64,000 bases of DNA from Macrostomum lignano (Eukaryota), in assembly GCA_002269645.1 (NCBI GenBank), contig NIVC01000143.1, forward strand, positions 496,001-560,000. Direction: 5' to 3'. Within the stretch, counting starts at the first letter, position 1, and each line of letters starts with the position of its first letter. A program made the position numbers and the translations under genes. Positions 1-11,265 of the stretch are shown piece by piece. The notes under the pieces are model-generated. The model worked only from the letters and a program-made list of their open reading frames with translations, searched no databases and was not told where the DNA came from.

Positions 1-371
1 TTGTTTTTAGGTATATTGATGGCTTCTTTAATTAAAATATGTTAATTAACATTGTATTTTTTATAAAACAGATTCAAATATAGGCTAAAGTTTTACAAAT
101 ATAAGTATTTTTCAAATTAAAAAATATAGATTATTGTGTTTTGTTTTTTATGACAAAAGTTTTAGCACATAGTGCAAGCAAACTTATTTTATGGGAATAA
201 TTCTGGCACATAGCACAATAAAACATTTTGGATAGGATTTTTTCTAGCATAGGTATGCCATGTCATAGTCTAGATTATACTAGGTATGTGTAAACAAAAA
301 TTAAAGGGTTACAAATGTATGCCAAAATATGTGCATGCCTACATACTCTGAATTCTATACTACAACTACAG

Positions 372-470
372 CAATAAATGACCTTTTTTGCATTATAACA
401 ATAAATGACCTTTTTTGCATTATAACAATAAATGACCCTTTTTGCATTATAACAATAAATGACCTTTTTG
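372..470. repeat. 27-bp tandem repeat, ~3.7 copies
   Basis: Unit CAATAAATGACCTTTTTTGCATTATAA repeated directly. Confidence 0.9.
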
Positions 471-851
471 CTAGTGTTCCGCCATAGCCATAGCTACAGC
501 TATGGGATCCCATGGCAAATATGGTAAAATAGGTGCCTATGGCAACTATGGATACACCTATGGTAGCTAGCTGCTCTTATGGCTATGACTAGGGGCCTTG
601 GAAATATGGTAATTGCTATCACATTTTGTAGATTGCTGTAGCTGTAGTTATTAATTTAAAAAACTGAAAAAATATTAGAAATAGGTAGAGTAAGTGAGGC
701 AGGCAATTCTTCTTTATTCTTTATTCTATTAGTCTGTTTTATTCATCGAAACTATGTCATTCAAATTCGCGCGAAAAAACTGAGAAACATATTTTGTTTT
801 AATACTCGTATTTTCTATATTATTTTGCGCTAACGAATTTTTGTTTAAAAC

Positions 852-1620
852 TGTAGCAAATTTTATTATAAATAGAAGCGATTTCAGCGGAGGAGAAGAC
901 AACCTCGCGCATCGCGGTTCCGCAATAAGTGATTGATAGCGAATAGTAAGAGTTCCGAGAAAATAAGAATTGAAGAAGTGCTTTCTGTGTTAATTCCTTT
1001 TACGAAGTAAGAGTGAAATAGACTGAAGCGTATACAGTACATACTATTAAGAAGCAGCAGTATTGAGTAGTAAGAGAATACGAAGTAGATCTGAAGTGAT
1101 TCGTGAAAGAATAACCGGAGGCTGTGACCCTCTGATCTCGGTAACGCCCAAGGACTTGCAAAGTACATGGAATAATACCAGTATAGCCAATAGACCACTC
1201 AGGCCAAAAGTACAGTAAACGCTACCGGAATCAGAATAAACGCTACCAGAATAACAGAGAAATAATACTTATAAGGGCTAATAGTTTCCAAGAATAATAT
1301 CCAAGAATAATTCCAAGAATAATACACAGACTAAATACTCAGACTAAATACTAAGATATATACTCAGATCAATTCTAAGAAACGTTTCTCGGATTATTCT
1401 AAGATTGATAAACTCATAATTTATTAATAGGATAATCCTGGTGGCAGCAACTTAACAAGAACACTTAAAGATTAGTGTAGGAAGTTAGCCCTAGCACAGC
1501 TTGGTGGCAATTAGTGGGATAGTTGGAGGACAGAAGTAACCCCTACGACAACTTTGGTGACCTAACGGTGGGATAATTTCAGTAAGAGGAAGTTACACGC
1601 CTGTAACATAAGTAAAACAA
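852..1620 (+). mobile_element. Possible degenerate LTR-retroelement LTR/leader fragment
   Basis: TGTAG at 852 and TATAAATAG at about 867. PBS-like motifs at 1439 (TGGTGGCAGCAAC), 1502 (TGGTGGCAATTAGTGGGAT) and 1555 (TGGTGACCTAACGGTGGGAT), in the same order as in the gypsy element at 5772-5987. No gag follows and the boundaries are uncertain. Confidence 0.3.
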
Positions 1621-2161
1621 AGATACTTTAGTAAACTATATTATCAATTTAGAAACTTATAGGATATACCTAATAAAGTACAATAAAACACTAGCAAACT
1701 CAAATTTTTATTAATGTGAAAAAATACAACACTAGTAGGGTACTTGATTAGCAATTAAGTATTGTTGCTCTGTAAAAAGATGAAATATAATCTTACAAAG
1801 GCAATTGAGTGTTTCTTTTTTTCCAAATTAATTCACAGTTGTTTAAGCACCAGGTTATCTTCTTGATTTAAAATATTTTGTTTTCTAGACTTTTTGTTAA
1901 AACTGGCTATGGCTACAGGAACAATGGGAATATAATATTGGGGTCCCTATGGCTACAGAATACAGAGAATTAGAACAAGCCATAGATTTGCTTATGGCTA
2001 CGGCTAGTCGGCTATAGTATATGGACTAGCAATCTTCGCCCCCCGTTGGGGGACATCTGGATAGAATCTCTGTTCTCTACAAGTAACAAAAAGACAGCCA
2101 AATAAAGTCTTCACAAAGACAACAGACAACTGCTAAAATAAAGTGTAATGCAAAAAGAAAT

Positions 2162-2299
2162 CATCCCAGGACAGCAAGCATCCCCCAGATAGCAAGCATC
2201 CCCAGATAGCAAGCATCCCCCCAGATAGCAAGCATCCCCCCCTCCCGGATAGCAAGCATCCCCCAGATAGCAAGCATCCCCAAATAGTAAGCATCCACC
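2162..2299. repeat. 18-19-bp minisatellite inside the Helitron, ~7 copies
   Basis: Unit CCCAGATAGCAAGCATCC with a variable C-run. Confidence 0.9.
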
Positions 2300-2345
2300 A
2301 GACAATAAGTAGCTAGTGCAACAATTTCCTTAGCTCTATAGTGGC

Positions 2346-4105
2346 TCCTTTAAAATTGGCATGATGCTTACTTTTACGTTTGAAATTGTGTATCTTTTAT
2401 ATTTGACATGGTGACTCTTTAATGTTTGACCTAGTGGCTCTTTTATGTTCTACATGCTGGCTCTTTTATGTTTGATTCGGGGTTTTTTTAATGTCTGACA
2501 TTGTGGCTCTTTAATGTTTGACATAGTGGCTCTTTTATGTTTGACATGGTGGCTCTTTAATGTTTGACATGGTGGCTCATTTATGTTCGACATGGTGGCT
2601 CTTTTATGTTTGACATGGTGGCTCTTTAATATTTGACAGGGTGGCTCTTTAATGTTCGACATGGTGGCTCTTTATTGTTTGACATGGTGGCTCTTTAATG
2701 TTCGACATGGTGGCTCTTTATTGTTTGACATTGTGGCTCATTTATGTTCGACATGGTGGCTCTTTACTGTTTGACATGGAGTCACATATATGTTTGACAT
2801 GGTGGCTCTTTTATGTTTGACATGGTGGCTCTTAAATGTTTGACATGATGGCTCTTTTATGTTTGACATGGTGGCTCTTTAATATTTGACATGGTGGCTC
2901 TTTAATGCTTGACATGGTGGCTCTTTAATGTTCGACATGGTGGCTCTATAATGTTAGACATGGTGGTCCTTTTATGCTTGATATGGTGGCTCTTTAATGT
3001 TTGACATTGTGGCTCTTTAATGTTCTTCATGGTGGTTCTTTTATGTTTGACATGGTGGTTCTTTTTTGCTTGACATGGTGGCTCTTTACTGTTTGACATG
3101 GAGTCACATATATGTTTGACATGGTGGCTCTTTTATGTTTGACATGGTGGCTCTTTAATATTTGACATGGTGGCTCTTTTATGTTTGACATGGTGGCTCT
3201 TTAATATTTGACATGGTGGCTCTATAATGTTTGACATGGTGGCTCTTTAATGTTCGACATGGTGGCTCTATAATGTTAGACATGGTGGCTCTTTAATGTT
3301 AGACATGGTGACTCTTTAATGTTAGACATGGTGGTCCTTTTATGCTTGACATGGTGGCTCTTTTATGTTTGACATGGTGGCTCTTTTGTGTTAGACATGG
3401 TGACTCTTTAATGTTAGACATTGTGGCTCTTTAATGTTCGACATGGTGGTCCTTTTATGCTTGACATGGTGGCTCTTTTATGTTTGACATGGTGGCTCTT
3501 TGATGATTGACATGGAGTCACGAATATACTTGACATGGTGACTCGTTAATGTTAGACATGGTGGCTCCTCAATGGTGGCTCTATAATGTTTGACATGGAG
3601 TCACATATATGTTGGACATGGTGGCTCTTTAATGTTCGACATGGTGCCTCTTTAATGTTTGACATGGTGGCTCTTTAATGTTTGACATGGTGGCTCTTCA
3701 ATGTTAGACATGGTGGCTCTTTAATGTTCGACATGGTGCCTCTTTAATGTTTGACATGGTGGCTCTATAATGTTTGACATGGAGTCACATATATGTTGGA
3801 CATGGTGGCTCTTTAATGTTCGACATGGTGCCTCTTTAATGTTTGACATGGTGGCTCTATAATGTTTGACATGGAGTCACATATATGTTGGACATGGTGG
3901 CTCTTTAATGTTCGACATGGTGCCTCTTTAATGTTCGACATGGTGGCTCTTTAATGTTTGACATGGTGGCTCTTTAATGTTAGACATGGTGGCTCTTTAA
4001 TGTTCGACATGGTGGCTCTTTAATGTTTGACATGGTGGCTCTATAATGTTAGACATGGTGGCTCTTTAATGTTCGACGTGGTGGCTCTTTAATGTTTGAC
4101 ATTGT
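2346..4105. repeat. 23-bp satellite array (~75 copies) inside the Helitron
   Basis: Consensus ACATGGTGGCTCTTTAATGTTTG. A variant unit (ACATGGAGTCACATATATG) recurs, indicating higher-order duplication. Confidence 0.95.
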
Positions 4106-4162
4106 GCTTCTTTTGTGTTTAGCATTTTGTGTTTTTAAGGTGTTTTAATAAAAAAATCTTTT

Positions 4163-4232
4163 TGCACTACTAAGATTCGAACCCAGGTCGCTGCATTAGC
4201 AATCCAGTCTGTTCGCATCTATGCTATCTCTT
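4163..4232 (-). other. tRNA-like segment (degenerate, no acceptor stem) inside the Helitron
   Basis: Minus strand has A-box-like ATAGCATAGATG, an anticodon arm CTGGA-TTGCTAA-TGCAG (GCT, one mismatch) and a T-arm CTGGG-TTCGAAT-CTTAG. The acceptor stem does not pair and the variable loop is short, so it is not a functional tRNA-Ser. Confidence 0.4.
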
Positions 4233-5889
4233 GTCAATTGGAGAACATGAATTGTGGCCCTTATAATTCAATTCTTATAGCAAATCGGTTAGAGTAAAAA
4301 GTTATGACATAATCTTTTTCTCAGTCAGCCAGTATCAGTGTCAATTTAAGTTAGCAATATGGTTACGCAATTTCAATCAAGTCGTGTGCGCATTTCTTCG
4401 GCACTGTTTTCAACTTGTTGTGATGCAATCTTTATCACAATCAGAATTCAGCCAGTCAGTTTTTTTCTCTAGCATTCTTACAATGAATTTCAGGTCGAAA
4501 GAGTTGCTTGACCTTTGCAAAAAAGCATGTTTTTCGAATATTTAATCCCTTTCATATTGAGCAATTTCTTAGCCAAGATGCATGTACCGTCCCAGGAAAA
4601 TTTCTGATCGAATGGTGCAAGTTTGAAGAAAATCGGTTGAGCCATTTTTTCTGAAATCTATCTCACAGAGACACACAACTCATTTTTAGTATATGGGATC
4701 TTCCTTACAGTGGAATACTACTTTTTGCATGGCATCAAAGACCCTTGTAATCTGATAATTTGGTTGATTATTTAGTTTTCTGATCTGTTTATACTATTTA
4801 TTGTGAAAAGTCTATATGCATGAACATTTGTTTAAATGGTATTATAAGCTTAAAAACTGGAAAGCTAGAAATTTATACTTATATAAGTGTAGTGAGTCGC
4901 TAGTTTAGTTAGGCGCCGCACTAGTCAGCTGTCTCCCTCGCCCTCGCCCCAGGCTTCTGTCTGCCGCTGGGCAGTTGTCTGTCCCTCCCGCCTGTCCTCT
5001 GGCCTGTCCTTTGCCCGTTTGCCTGTCTGTCTGTTTGTCCTCGTTTGTCCCCTTCTGTTTCGTGTTCCCTTTTTTTTGCAGTGCCCAGACAGCTTGGTTC
5101 TGGCCTGCCTCTGTTTCGTTCTCTGTTTAGCTCTCCAAATTTGGAGTGCTGTTATGTTTTCCGGTCTCACGGTCATGAGTGCCTTCACTTGTGGGCCTTT
5201 TTCCTTCTTTAGTCCAAAGGGCAACGATTTCATCATTGTACGCTGGGCTCGTGTTTATGAGGGAGATCACGCGTGCTAGGACCCCCTGCCTCCTCTGAGG
5301 CAGGGGCAGGGCCCGCTTGTTGTTGCTAAATTTAGCATCAGAGTCAGAGGTGACTCTCGGCGGGGGTCTTTCGTGCTATGGTGCAATCGATTCTCCCTAT
5401 AAATGCAGCCCCTCTCATGGCTTGGCTCAGACAAGCGTTTTGCGTTTTCCGTTTTCCGCGTAGCGTTTCTCCTCATCCAGCGAATCTTCTAAGTGTTTGT
5501 GTCAAAGTTTGTGCTTAAGTTTAACTCCAAGACTCCCGACTTTGCGCGTGCCTGCTTCCGTTGCTCCTGCTATCAATTAGCAAGCCAGCTCAGATCGCCC
5601 GGAGCTAGCACTTTCGCTCTCACCCCGCACCAGCCCGGCAGGGACGGCTGACGGTGGGCACCTTTGCGCAAGAACTGCTAAATCTGCACGAAGTGCGAGT
5701 CTCTCTCTCTTGTCTTAATCATTTGCTTCTACGAGCTCAGCACCTCACCGAAGGCTGCAACTCTGCGAAGCTGGTGGCAGCACTACCAACGCTACTAGAT
5801 CAACCCGGAGACTTCCCAGAAGAGCTCAAGGTAGGCAGCTCACCTGACTGATTGGGAAGTAGCGACAAGAAACCAACCAAGTACTTCAC

Positions 5890-5907
5890 TGGTGGCAGCG
5901 GTGGGAT
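5890..5907 (+). promoter_or_regulatory. Primer binding site complementary to the tRNA-Leu 3' end
   Basis: TGGTGGCAGCGGTGGGAT(TC) is the reverse complement of the ...ATCCCACCGCTGCCACCA 3' end of metazoan tRNA-Leu. It follows TTCA plus 1 nt. Confidence 0.85.
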
Positions 5908-6089
5908 TCAAAGACCTGCCAGGCCACCTCTAGACGCTATCGAGGAAAGTACAAGCAACCACTTCACTGGTGACTCGGCAATGGGATCCAACAAGTCAGG
6001 GATTCGAGCGAAAAGTCAAGGATCCGACTTCGAAACACCCAAGCCAACCGCTCTTTCGAGTAAGAATTCGGCTATTCTACTAATTTGAA

Positions 6090-6960
6090 ATGTTTAACGA
6101 GAGAGAAGAGAGCCGGTGCAGCAGCCGGTTGAGTCAGCACGAGCATATCAGCAGTTCAAGGCCTGCAGCAGCGGCTGCCGCAGCAGCAGCAGCAGTCAAC
6201 GACCTTGGTCAGCAGATGCCGCGGCGAAATTCGAGAAGTGAGGCGTCCGAAGACCCGCCAGACGAGCTTCTGCCAGGTTTGGACGACCTCGGCCAGAACA
6301 TCAGGCCCCAGGGTGTGAGATCGATGATGGCAGCTCCGCAGCAGCAGATGGAGCGGCCGGTAAGCAAGTCTGTTGTAAAGTACACGCCCAGCCAGGACAT
6401 CCACGTCTGGCTCGCCGCGTTTGAGCAACACTGCGAGATGGAGCGTATTGAAGATCCGATCGAGATGAAGCAGCACCTCGTTGCGAGTCTAGATCTGGCA
6501 ACTGCTTATCCGGCTCTGCTCAGTATGCACCTTCCACGCTATGCTGGCTACGAGGAGGTCAAGCAGCGACTGATCGAGAGATTTGCCCGCCATGGTAGCG
6601 CTGATGAATATCGAGAGCTGCTGAGGCGCCGTCAGCAAGGCAAGAACGAGCCACAGTGGCGCTGATGAATATCGAGAGCTGCTGAGGCGCCGTCAGCAAG
6701 GCAAGAACGAGCCACAGTGGCGCTGATGAATATCGAGAGCTGCTGAGGCGCCGTCAGCAAGGTAAGAACGAGTCAGCAGAAGAGTACGCTGATGCCCTGC
6801 GCACCTTAGGAGAGCAAGCGTACCCTCGAATGCACCCTGAATATCGAGAGCGAGAGCTGGCTGATCAGTTCTTAGCTGGCATCAGGACACCAGATCTGCG
6901 CGAGCGGCTCTATTGGGTCCGCCCAAACAATCTGTTGGCCGCTATTCGAGCCTGTGCCAC
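6090..6960 (+). pseudogene. gag: Gypsy gag (capsid), frameshifted by a 61-bp triplication
   Basis: KYTPSQDIHVWLAAFEQHC...YEEVKQRLIERF, and after the third repeat copy the MHR-like RQQGKNESAEEYADALRTLGEQAYP...DQFLAGI. The 61-bp units start at 6590, 6651 and 6712. Confidence 0.8.
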
Positions 6961-6965
6961 AGTCC

Positions 6966-8693
6966 GTTACTCAACTGAGACAATTCCTTAGGCCTCGCCA
7001 ATTACTACCACAAGTTTGTCAACGGCTATGCTGGAGTTGCTGCGCCGCTGCATGCCCTGACTCGAAAGGACATCGGCAGCCTGTGGCAGCATTGGACTGA
7101 TTAGCACCAGGTAGCGTTCGACACCTTGAAGAAGAAGTTGTGTTCGACTGAAGTTCTCGCTCTGCCTGAGTTTAACTCAGATCCTGATGTGAAGTTTGTC
7201 CTAGACACTGATGCCTCAGACATTCGCATAGGCGCTTGTCTTGGACAACGGCAACCTGACGGCGTCGAGCGCCCAATTGCATTCTTTAGCCAGAAACTTC
7301 GTGATCCTGAGAAGTGCTACACGGTCACGAAGAAAGAGCTGCTTGCAATCGTGGACGCGATGTGACATTTCCGTCATTATTTAATCGGCAAGAAGTTTGA
7401 AGTTAATTCTGACCATCGGGCCTTGCTGTGGCTGCTGAACCAGACGCAGGTCACAGGCATCTTGGGCCGTTGGATTGAGCGACTGAGCGAGTTCCGCTTC
7501 CAGCTTCACCATCGCAAAGGCAAGGACCATGCCAACGCTGACGCCCTGTCAAGACGCCCGGAGACACCACCGGTTGACTTCGGACATGGCCGACTGCTGG
7601 AGCACCCCGGTTCTGCAGCCCGACACGGTGATGACACCAGCCTGGAGCCGGACTTGGACACCACACGTGAGGCCACTGCGAGAGCAGCCAGCACGAAGAA
7701 GGTTCACACTCGCAACAAGGAGGCCGAAACTGCCCTGGCCGAAGACCTGGAGGCCACTGCGCCAGCAGCCCTTCAGCACGACGACCATTGCTGCAGTCAA
7801 CGCCTGGAGACCGGTTTGGACACCAACCCGGAGGCCACTGACACCTCAGCCCTCCGCAGCGACACCCACGCCGACTGCTGTTACTTGGAGATTCGCCCAG
7901 ACAAGACCTCAAAGGCCACTGCTGACGTAGACCTCCGTGATGATGTCCAAGACTGCGGATCTCGGAACCTGGAGACGTCCATGGACCACGACTCAGAGGC
8001 CACTGAACAAGCAGCCCTCCTGATGACGGCCCACAACGCAGATCCAGAGCAGCAATGTAAGTTCAACCCCCGGAGTTTTGCGCTGAGAGTTCTCGCCGTG
8101 TTGACAGAGGCCAGACTCTCGCGACGGCTGCAAGGTCAACGCTCTGTCCCCCGAGCCGATAGACAGCTGCTCATCGCCTGTGCGGAAAGTCGAGTCCCCC
8201 GTTGCAACACCGCCCGGTGCTAGAAAAGACTCACCCAATGACGATGATGATCGAGCCGACGGCTACGGCTGCCTGCGACGAGGCGTGCTTCACGTGTTGC
8301 GTCTCGCCCTACAGCCAAGAGTCGCCTGGGCTGTGCAGTGGAGGCAAGTGCACTGCTCCAGCTGCAGAAATTCCTCTCAAGAGAGCGATGATGAGAACTT
8401 CGAAACGAGATCAGCGATCGTACGCCGACGTCGTGAGACAAAGTCCCTCTGAGCGACCTAATCCTGACGCCGACAAGACGGAGTCGCGTGATCAACTGCG
8501 AGCCAAAGAAGCGGAGACTGCGGGAGTCATGAACCCTCAGCCATGCCGCGCCGTGCTCACTGATTTTCTGAGGTTGCCGATGACGCGGCAACAGTTTGTC
8601 GACGCGCAGCGCACCAACCAAGCTATCAGCTACGTGCTCAACTTGGTCGAGAAGAAAGCCCCGAAGCCTAAGTTAAGCCTAAGCCTAAGCTGA
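6966..8693 (+). pseudogene. pol: Gypsy pol remnant: RT thumb/connection, RNase H, repetitive insert, integrase linker
   Basis: VTQLRQF[+1]LGLANYYHKFV; FVLDTDAS; ERPIAFFSQKL; KKELLAIV; DHRAL; KGKDHANADALSR; FVDAQRTNQAISYV. In-frame stops at about 7100 (TAG) and 7363 (TGA). Confidence 0.85.
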
Positions 8694-9398
8694 AGCATGC
8701 GCGTCACTCGGGGACAATTTTGGCCACAGACAGTTTAAATTAAAGTTCTTCTGTGTCAATAGAAACGGACTTTGTTTGGAATGAATTTCTGCAAGCTCTG
8801 ATATTTCTTTTAAAGTGTTTGAAGAAGCTTGTTTCTTTTGAATAAGACTTTTTTTTCAAAATAGGAGGTAAAATGGTGTAGAACGGCTTTGCTCTGGTCA
8901 GTCTATTCCGTTGCGCTAATAAAACCTGAGGCGCTTGAAATACTGTTCGACATCGAGCTAGCACATCGGCATCTCCCACAGTCAGAAATCGGGCCCGGAA
9001 AACATCGGAATGAAGATTTGGTGACTGCAGCATCGTCCAGCGAAGAATTAAATGTTACTTGTCACCATTTGTACTTTGTAGTATCAAAAGCTAATATGTC
9101 GAGACGGAAAAAGATAGAAGAGGCATCGTGTATTTTTAAAGCAGCGAAGTAGCTGGCTGCTATAGTTAAACATAAAGAAAGATTCGCCATAGACCATGGA
9201 GATCTGAGAGTGCGGCTGCTGCAGCACTCAGTCAAACCCAATTTCAACCATTAAACTCACTTTCGAGCGGCTGCCTGTTGGGCCTTTGGACTTCTGCAAT
9301 GCATTTAAGATCTTTATTTACGCTTGTACCAATATTAGTCTCTGTTTCTGTTGTTTCGTTTAAATACTTTACTGAACAATTCGCGAACTTTGTGTACC

Positions 9399-10580
9399 TC
9401 ACCCTGCTCCACTAGGATCCAACAGCCGAAGCACTTGCCGCTGCTCAAATCGCTGTGCCACCTGCGCACACGTCTGACCCCGACCGTCTCGATGTCTCGC
9501 ATCCGCTCCTCTGTCCATCAGAGTGTTGGCTGCTCGCACGTGACCGGCTTCGCACGCTCGTGACAGAGCAGTCCGACCCTGACTGTCTTCAGCACGCACT
9601 GACGCACCGAGATCGATGAGTTTCTCAACGAGCTCGTGATAACCTGCATCAGCTGCCAGCATGAGAGCAGTGGCTCCAGTGCTGTCTGGCAGATCGACAT
9701 GCTCTGTGCTGACTCGCTCATCATTGATCAGTGTGACAGCAATGGTGACAGCAAGAGCGACGTGTCTTTAAGAGATGGAGAGACGGAGCAGCTGTGTGAT
9801 GTGAGCTGGCTGCATTCGAGAGAGGGCGTCGGTGAGAACAGAGTTCCTGCCTTCGATGGCCATTGCTGCAGTGGAGCTGAGGATGGAGCTGGATTGGAAG
9901 AGCCAGTCGGGCTCGAGGCCGAGGAAGGCAAAAACATCTTCGTGAAGACGAGAGCAAGCCGCGACTGCGTATTGGAAACGGAGATTCGCTCTTTGATCCG
10001 GACTTGAGAGATACGAGATGAGGAACTTGACGACTTCCCACTCACGATTTCTCGCAGCAGATTTGGCAGCCTCGATGCAGCAGTGATCTCTTTTTGTTTG
10101 GTCATCCACTTTTCGGACAAGAGACTGGACGACTTCCCACTCGTGATTGCTTGCAGCAGATTCAGCAGCCTTTATTCAGCACTGATCTCTTTTTGTTTGG
10201 TCAGCGACTGTCGACACGAGAAACTTGACGACTTCCCAAACACGATTGGATGCTGCAAATTCGGCAGCATCGATGCAGCCCTGATCTCCGTTTGTCTGGT
10301 CAGCGACTGTGTGCACCAGAAACTCGAAGGCTTCCCACTGACCTTTAACTGTAGCAAATCTTGCAGCCTCGATGCAGCAGTCATCTCTTTTTTGTTTATC
10401 AACGACACTAAGCGCAAGAAACTCGAGGGCTTCTAACTGCCCCTCGCTTGCAGCAAATACTGAATAGCTTTTGCAGAAGCTATATATGTCGTTTTCTGTT
10501 TGTTAAAAAGTCAGATAACCTCTGAGTACCTCGACATCTCCTTTTTTGGCAGCCTCGTCAGCAGTAATTTGTTGGCTCAT
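9399..10580 (-). pseudogene. Ankyrin-repeat protein, 394 codons in one frame with three in-frame stops
   Basis: ATG at 10580. About five 33-aa units (DQTKRDHCCIEAAKSAARNREWEVVKFLV) precede canonical ankyrin repeats (DSTGATALMLAADAGYHELVEKLIDLGA; DSQGRTALSRACEAGHVRAANTLMDRGAD). Stops at 10503-10505, 10176-10178 and 9768-9770, with no frameshift. A possible donor at the 3' end and a 33-nt exon at 9261-9293 suggest it may continue. Confidence 0.75.
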
Positions 10581-11265
10581 TCTACTTAGCACGCTGGTGA
10601 GTGATTTCCACTAGAAGGTAAATATTTCCCTGTTGATGGGTGAGTTGCGTTTTGAATTAAATAACTTGGAGAAAGGGGAGGCACAGGGAGGCTGAAAGAG
10701 TGGAGGGTGGCTTCACTGCTTTAATGTTTCCAACGAATTTCAAATCATGAAATTTGATGAATCTTACTGATGCTCCATGCTGTCAGAGCGGCAGGTGTTT
10801 CAAAGGTTTGTGCAGCCGGTTGCCAGAAAGATTTTACCGCCTCATCTATCAGCTGCCCTCCCTTTTGCAGCCTCTGGCGAGGCCGACCACCCCAGCCGTA
10901 GCAACCGAAACTTCTCTCCTGAGCATGAGCGCTGAGTCCGTCGCCTTCGCCTCTGTGCACCCACAGCATGGCAACGGAGAGGCTGCGGCTTAAACGGCCG
11001 CCCTAAGCTGTACTTGATGAGGCTGAGCTGACCCATTGTGCCTCAGTGCAGTCTGAGATCTTCAATATATATAAAATGCTGCTCAGTCCCTCACCTGTAC
11101 TCGCAGCTCTAGCCAGTTGGTTGGCGAGCAGCTCGGCTCTCTGTCCCTCTCTCTCTGTCTCACCCTCACTGCCGACCCGCCACTCCTTCCAGTGCGAATT
11201 GAGACAAAGGGCTCAGGTGCGCTGCTAGCGCCTCCACGTTGATGCCGTCAAGATGGCACCCGTCA

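Larger units (their letters stand above)
2026..4698 (-). mobile_element. Non-autonomous Helitron with both termini
   Basis: On the minus strand it starts A|TC (TCCCATATACTAAAAATGAG...ACCGATTTTCTTCAAACTTG). It ends with a GC hairpin (CCCCC-AAC-GGGGG, about 2040-2052) followed about 10 nt later by CTAG|T at 2026. It sits between host A and T with no TSD, which matches canonical Helitron hallmarks. No Rep/Hel coding sequence. Confidence 0.75.
4888..8693 (+). mobile_element. Ty3/gypsy LTR retrotransposon, internally deleted and 3'-truncated
   Basis: Putative 5' LTR from TGTAGTG (4888) to TTCA (5888), with TATAAAT at 5398. Followed by a tRNA-Leu PBS, a gag capsid, RT thumb plus RNase H, and the start of the integrase linker. 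Protease, RT YxDD core, integrase core and 3' LTR are absent. Confidence 0.85.

Noticed and set aside
4163-4232. Functional tRNA-Ser(GCT) gene
   Set aside because: No acceptor stem, an anticodon-stem mismatch and no long variable arm.
8664-8692. GCCTAA repeats resembling nematode telomere (TTAGGC)n at the gypsy truncation point
   Set aside because: Only about three interrupted copies, which can be read as pol codons; too short to call telomere healing.
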